Program-made: the position numbers and the translations under genes
Part shown: one piece after another, positions 59,831 through 64,000 of the stretch
Layout of the letters: each line of letters begins with the position of its first letter
Position numbering within the stretch: position 1 is the first letter of the stretch
Notes under the pieces: generated by a model
Told to the model about the DNA's origin: nothing
What the model saw: only the letters and a program-made list of their open reading frames with translations
Database searches by the model: none
Assembly: GCA_965204745.1 (NCBI GenBank)
Contig: OZ242010.1
Location: 3,360,001-3,424,000 of the forward strand
Direction: 5' to 3'
Source: Candidatus Latescibacterota bacterium
GTDB lineage: Bacteria; Latescibacterota; UBA2968
DNA length: 64,000 nt

Positions 59831-60898
59831 CTACGCCTGTGCGCGTTTTGTTAGCCGCGTCTGCCAACTCGCGACGATTTCGCCAAGGGTATCGTGGAGC
59901 GATTTGGTGATGTGCCAGTGGGGATAGTGCGATTTCATTTTGCGGAGGTCGCTGTAATAGCAGATGTGATCGCCCTCGCGGTGCTGATCGGAATAGGTGT
60001 GGCGCATCGTTTTGCCGGAATACCGGGCGACGATGTCAAAGGCTTCGAGGATGGAACAACTGTTGTCTTTCCCGCCGCCCAAGTTATAGACTTCGCCACA
60101 GCGCGGGGATTGGACAAACGCCCACATGAACCGGGCCACATCGCAGGCGTGAATATTGTCGCGCACTTGCTTGCCCTTGTACCCAAACACCGTGTACGTG
60201 CGGCCTTCCATGTTGCACTTGACCAGATAGCTCAAAAACCCGTGCAATGCCACGCCGCTGTGATGGGGGCCGGTGAGGCATCCGCCGCGCAAGCAACAGG
60301 TGGGCATGCCAAAATAGCGACCGTATTCCTGAACCACGACATCGGCAGCCACTTTGGACGCGCCAAAAAGCGAGTGCTTGGACTGATCGATGGTCAGGGT
60401 TTCCGGGATGCCGTGTTCGTACGCGGGGTCGTCGTAATCGTAGCGGGTGTCCAATTCCTTTAGCGCGATGCGGTTGGGCGCGTCGCCATAGACCTTGTTG
60501 GTGGACATGTGGATAAAGGGCGATTCCGGGCAGGTCTGACGCGCGGCTTCGAGCAGGTTGAGCGTGCCGACCGCGTTGATGTCAAAATCGTCAAAGGGAA
60601 TGCGAGCAGCGAGGTCGTGGGAGGGTTGTGCGGCAGTGTGGATGATCGCGGCGGGGCGAATTTGAAACAGGAGATCGCGAATGCCCTGGCGGTCGCGGAT
60701 GTCGATTTCGTGGTGGTGGAAGGACGATAAGACCGCACTCAGGCGTTTCTGATTCCAGCGCGTGTCCCCCATTGGGCCAAAAAAAACAGCGCGTTGATTG
60801 TTGTCAATGCCGTGGACAACATAGCCCTGTTTTGAAAAATAAACGCAGACTTCCGACCCGATGAGGCCAGATGAACCGGTAACGAGGAGGGTTTTCAT
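59831..60898 (-). CDS. NAD-dependent epimerase/dehydratase (CDP-paratose epimerase-like)
   Basis: [34 protein letters not shown]. Confidence 0.9.
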   Translation of the reverse strand: MKTLLVTGSSGLIGSEVCVYFSKQGYVVHGIDNNQRAVFFGPMGDTRWNQKRLSAVLSSFHHHEIDIRDRQGIRDLLFQIRPAAIIHTAAQPSHDLAARIPFDDFDINAVGTLNLLEAARQTCPESPFIHMSTNKVYGDAPNRIALKELDTRYDYDDPAYEHGIPETLTIDQSKHSLFGASKVAADVVVQEYGRYFGMPTCCLRGGCLTGPHHSGVALHGFLSYLVKCNMEGRTYTVFGYKGKQVRDNIHACDVARFMWAFVQSPRCGEVYNLGGGKDNSCSILEAFDIVARYSGKTMRHTYSDQHREGDHICYYSDLRKMKSHYPHWHITKSLHDTLGEIVASWQTRLTKRAQA

Positions 60899-60958
60899 GA
60901 GGCGATATACTCTCTTAGATGAACGGCTATCGCAGTTGTATTCCGTTCCGGCGTTTCG

Positions 60959-62035
60959 CTATCCCACACAATATTCCACCCACTCGTTTTCGCCGGTCGG
61001 GCCTTTGGTGAACCACGCTTTTCGTCCCGGCGGATCGAGTACGATGCCGGCGATGGTTTGGCCGCAGGCTTTGCCGTTGTGCAGCTCGTTGTGGCGACAG
61101 ATGCCCACCGGGGCATTGACTCGGTCTGACAGCATGTCTTTTAGCGCGTCCGCATCGCATGGGGTGCGGGATGATAACAACCGGGTCGCGCGGCCCCAGC
61201 GCAAAATGCTCTGCCCGCGCTGATCCCATTGCCGCCGCTCAAAGGGCTTGAGCCGATCCGTCAAGTAGTGATTGGCATGCGCCATCGGACCATTGAAGGG
61301 GCAGATCACCTCGTATTCCCGCGCCGTGGTTTCCAAATCGTAAATCTCGCCATTTTCATCGCAGAGCACGTAATTCATGCCCGACGCGCGCGGCTTTGCC
61401 ACCACTGCATCTATGGCATCGCCGATTCGCACGGATGCCAAAACGCGCCGTATGACAAAGGGATAGAGTATGCCGCCGCCCGCATCTGATGGCACGAGAT
61501 TGTTGATGACCACGCCAATGCCCGCCGCGTTGATGCCCGCACAGCCCAATATTCCAGCGGATGTATAAAAAAGCGCGTCTGGTGCGCGGTCACTTTTGAC
61601 TTTGATCAACACCGCAGCCGCGGCATAGATCGAAGCCAAGTCGTAATTCTGCGCGATCAACGCGCCCTCGCCCGAGGTCGTCCCCGGAACCATGAGCGAC
61701 GTACAGCCCGATACGGCAAACGCTTCGGAATAATAATCGTGCAATTCCAAAAACGCATTCAGCGCGAGCAACTCATCCACAGGCACATCCGCGGCCCGAG
61801 CAATGCCTTCCAACTCTTCAAACAGATCCGGCGCGTAGTCGCGCGTGGGGCCTGCATACGTGGACACAATTTCGCCGACGCACGTTTTGGTCAGGTTGCC
61901 CCGCGTTGCCTGCGCCATATCTTCAAAACTGGCCGCGACCAAGTCCCGAATCAAATCCCGAAATGCCTCGCCGTGCGCCTGACCGCGCTGGGTCGGCGAT
62001 CCCATCACTTCGATCATGGGCAGTGTTTGCGACAT
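60959..62035 (-). CDS. Peptidase C45 / acyl-CoA:6-APA acyltransferase-like Ntn hydrolase
   Basis: RGQAHG, GCTS autocleavage site, AQNYD, GINAAGI, HANHY. Confidence 0.88.
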   Translation of the reverse strand: MSQTLPMIEVMGSPTQRGQAHGEAFRDLIRDLVAASFEDMAQATRGNLTKTCVGEIVSTYAGPTRDYAPDLFEELEGIARAADVPVDELLALNAFLELHDYYSEAFAVSGCTSLMVPGTTSGEGALIAQNYDLASIYAAAAVLIKVKSDRAPDALFYTSAGILGCAGINAAGIGVVINNLVPSDAGGGILYPFVIRRVLASVRIGDAIDAVVAKPRASGMNYVLCDENGEIYDLETTAREYEVICPFNGPMAHANHYLTDRLKPFERRQWDQRGQSILRWGRATRLLSSRTPCDADALKDMLSDRVNAPVGICRHNELHNGKACGQTIAGIVLDPPGRKAWFTKGPTGENEWVEYCVG

Positions 62036-62113
62036 ATTTGCCTCCGTGTTTTATCTTCAGAATGGACTCGCCCTATCCAAAAACACCACGCGCCCAAAAT
62101 CCGCTGACGCACG

Positions 62114-62270
62114 GCGTCGATGTCAAAATCGTCAAAGGGAATGCGAGCAACGAGGTCGTGGGAGGGTTGTGCGGCAGTGTGGATGATCGCGGTGGGGCGA
62201 ATGGGAGATCGCGAATGCCCTGGCGGTCGCGGATGTCGATTTCGTGGTGGTGGAAGGATGATAAGACCGC
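62114..62270. repeat. ~155-bp direct duplicate of an internal part of the epimerase gene (60573-60736)
   Basis: gatgtcaaaatcgtcaaagggaatgcgagca...gataagaccgc in both places, few substitutions and one short deletion. Confidence 0.9.
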
Positions 62271-62274
62271 TTTT

Positions 62275-63246
<972 letters not shown>

Positions 63247-63251
63247 TTAGC

Positions 63252-63475
63252 CACGAGCGGGGTACAACTGGCGACAGCCAGTTCAAAGGCACAAAAGGCA
63301 CAAAAGGCACGAGCGGGGTACAACTAGCGATAGCTAGTTCAAAGGTGAACGATATGTGTAGGGGCGATGCCCCCATGCCCGCCCAAAGAGGTCAGACGGG
63401 AAATACAAGAGGGGTTGGGCGGCCCTCTTCCCTCTTCCCTCTTCCCTCTCACGTCTCCCCTTTCTCACGTCTCCC
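63252..63475. repeat. REP-like cluster (two 38-bp hairpin units, GTAG palindrome, heptamers)
   Basis: Reverse complement of the 32032-32200 cluster; another partial set at 63762-63822. Confidence 0.85.
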
Positions 63476-63722
63476 CGTACACGCTGACCTTTTTGCGCTT
63501 TTTGTCGAGGTGCTCGAATTTCACGCGGCCATCGATGAGCGAATACAATGTGTCGTCTCGACCAATGCCGACATTGTTGCCGGGATGGATTTTCGTACCG
63601 CGTTGCCGCATGATGATCGTACCAGCAGAGATGACTTGACCGCCGTAGGCTTTTACACCCAAGCGTTTTCCCTGACTGTCTCGACCATTTCTCGAACTGC
63701 CAACACCTTTTTTGTGTGCCAT
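63465..63722 (-). CDS. rpmA: 50S ribosomal protein L27
   Basis: [24 protein letters not shown]...[10 protein letters not shown]. Confidence 0.98.
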   Translation of the reverse strand: MAHKKGVGSSRNGRDSQGKRLGVKAYGGQVISAGTIIMRQRGTKIHPGNNVGIGRDDTLYSLIDGRVKFEHLDKKRKKVSVYGET

Positions 63723-63866
63723 GGTAAATCTCCTTGGAAAAGTGAGAAGGAAGTGTAGCCAAGAGCGGGGTACAACCGGCGACAGCCCGTTCGGCGAGCC
63801 GTGTAGGGGCGATGCCCCCGTGCCTCGCCCAAAGAGCCATCTGCTGTTTGCCATCGTGCTCGCGTC

Positions 63867-64000
63867 TCACGCCTTAATTTTTTCGATCTGAAGCTCGGTA
63901 TAGGCTTGCCGATGACCTCTTTTTCGCCGGTAGTTTTTGCGGCGTTTCATCTTAAAGACGGTGATTTTGTCCGCGAGACCATGTCCTTTGACGCGGGCTT
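63867..64000 (-). CDS. rplU: 50S ribosomal protein L21 (3' part)
   Basis: Manual translation [31 protein letters not shown]; upstream of rpmA. Confidence 0.95.
   Translation of the reverse strand, partial: ARVKGHGLADKITVFKMKRRKNYRRKRGHRQAYTELQIEKIKA

Noticed and set aside
60573-62270. DGR template/variable repeat pair
   Set aside because: No reverse transcriptase; differences are few and not adenine-specific

Overview
Chromosomal window of a GC-rich bacterium. The gene content (DUF6785 membrane protein, EF-hand/dockerin-tailed secreted protein, PorX-like REC-PglZ regulator, heparinase II/III-like proteins, giant GLUG/Calx-beta surface protein) resembles Latescibacterota/Gemmatimonadota-like sponge symbionts; this is inference only. 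1-38.8 kb: carbohydrate/sulfate catabolism, transport and signalling genes, a PIN toxin-antitoxin pair, an IS200/IS605 element with an internally deleted tnpB, a 2967-aa surface protein, and intergenic regions packed with heptamer microsatellites, REP-like hairpins and a MITE. 38.9-59.6 kb: a ~21-kb defence island built on a Type I R-M backbone (hsdR, hsdM, one full hsdS, one half hsdS, two hsdS stubs). Cargo between the hsdS pieces: a Dcm + GHKL-PD-(D/E)xK Type II R-M pair, a TIR-like gene, DarTG, DUF2971, intact and deleted Schlafen/AlbA_2-ATPase genes, and, most interesting, a Bub-like ubiquitination operon with two tandem paralogous Ubls ending in Ala (not Gly), a Cys-free E2 and a JAB-E1 fusion. 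59.8-64 kb: epimerase, C45 hydrolase, mdh, rpmA, rplU. All family calls come from motif recognition by eye; no searches were run.
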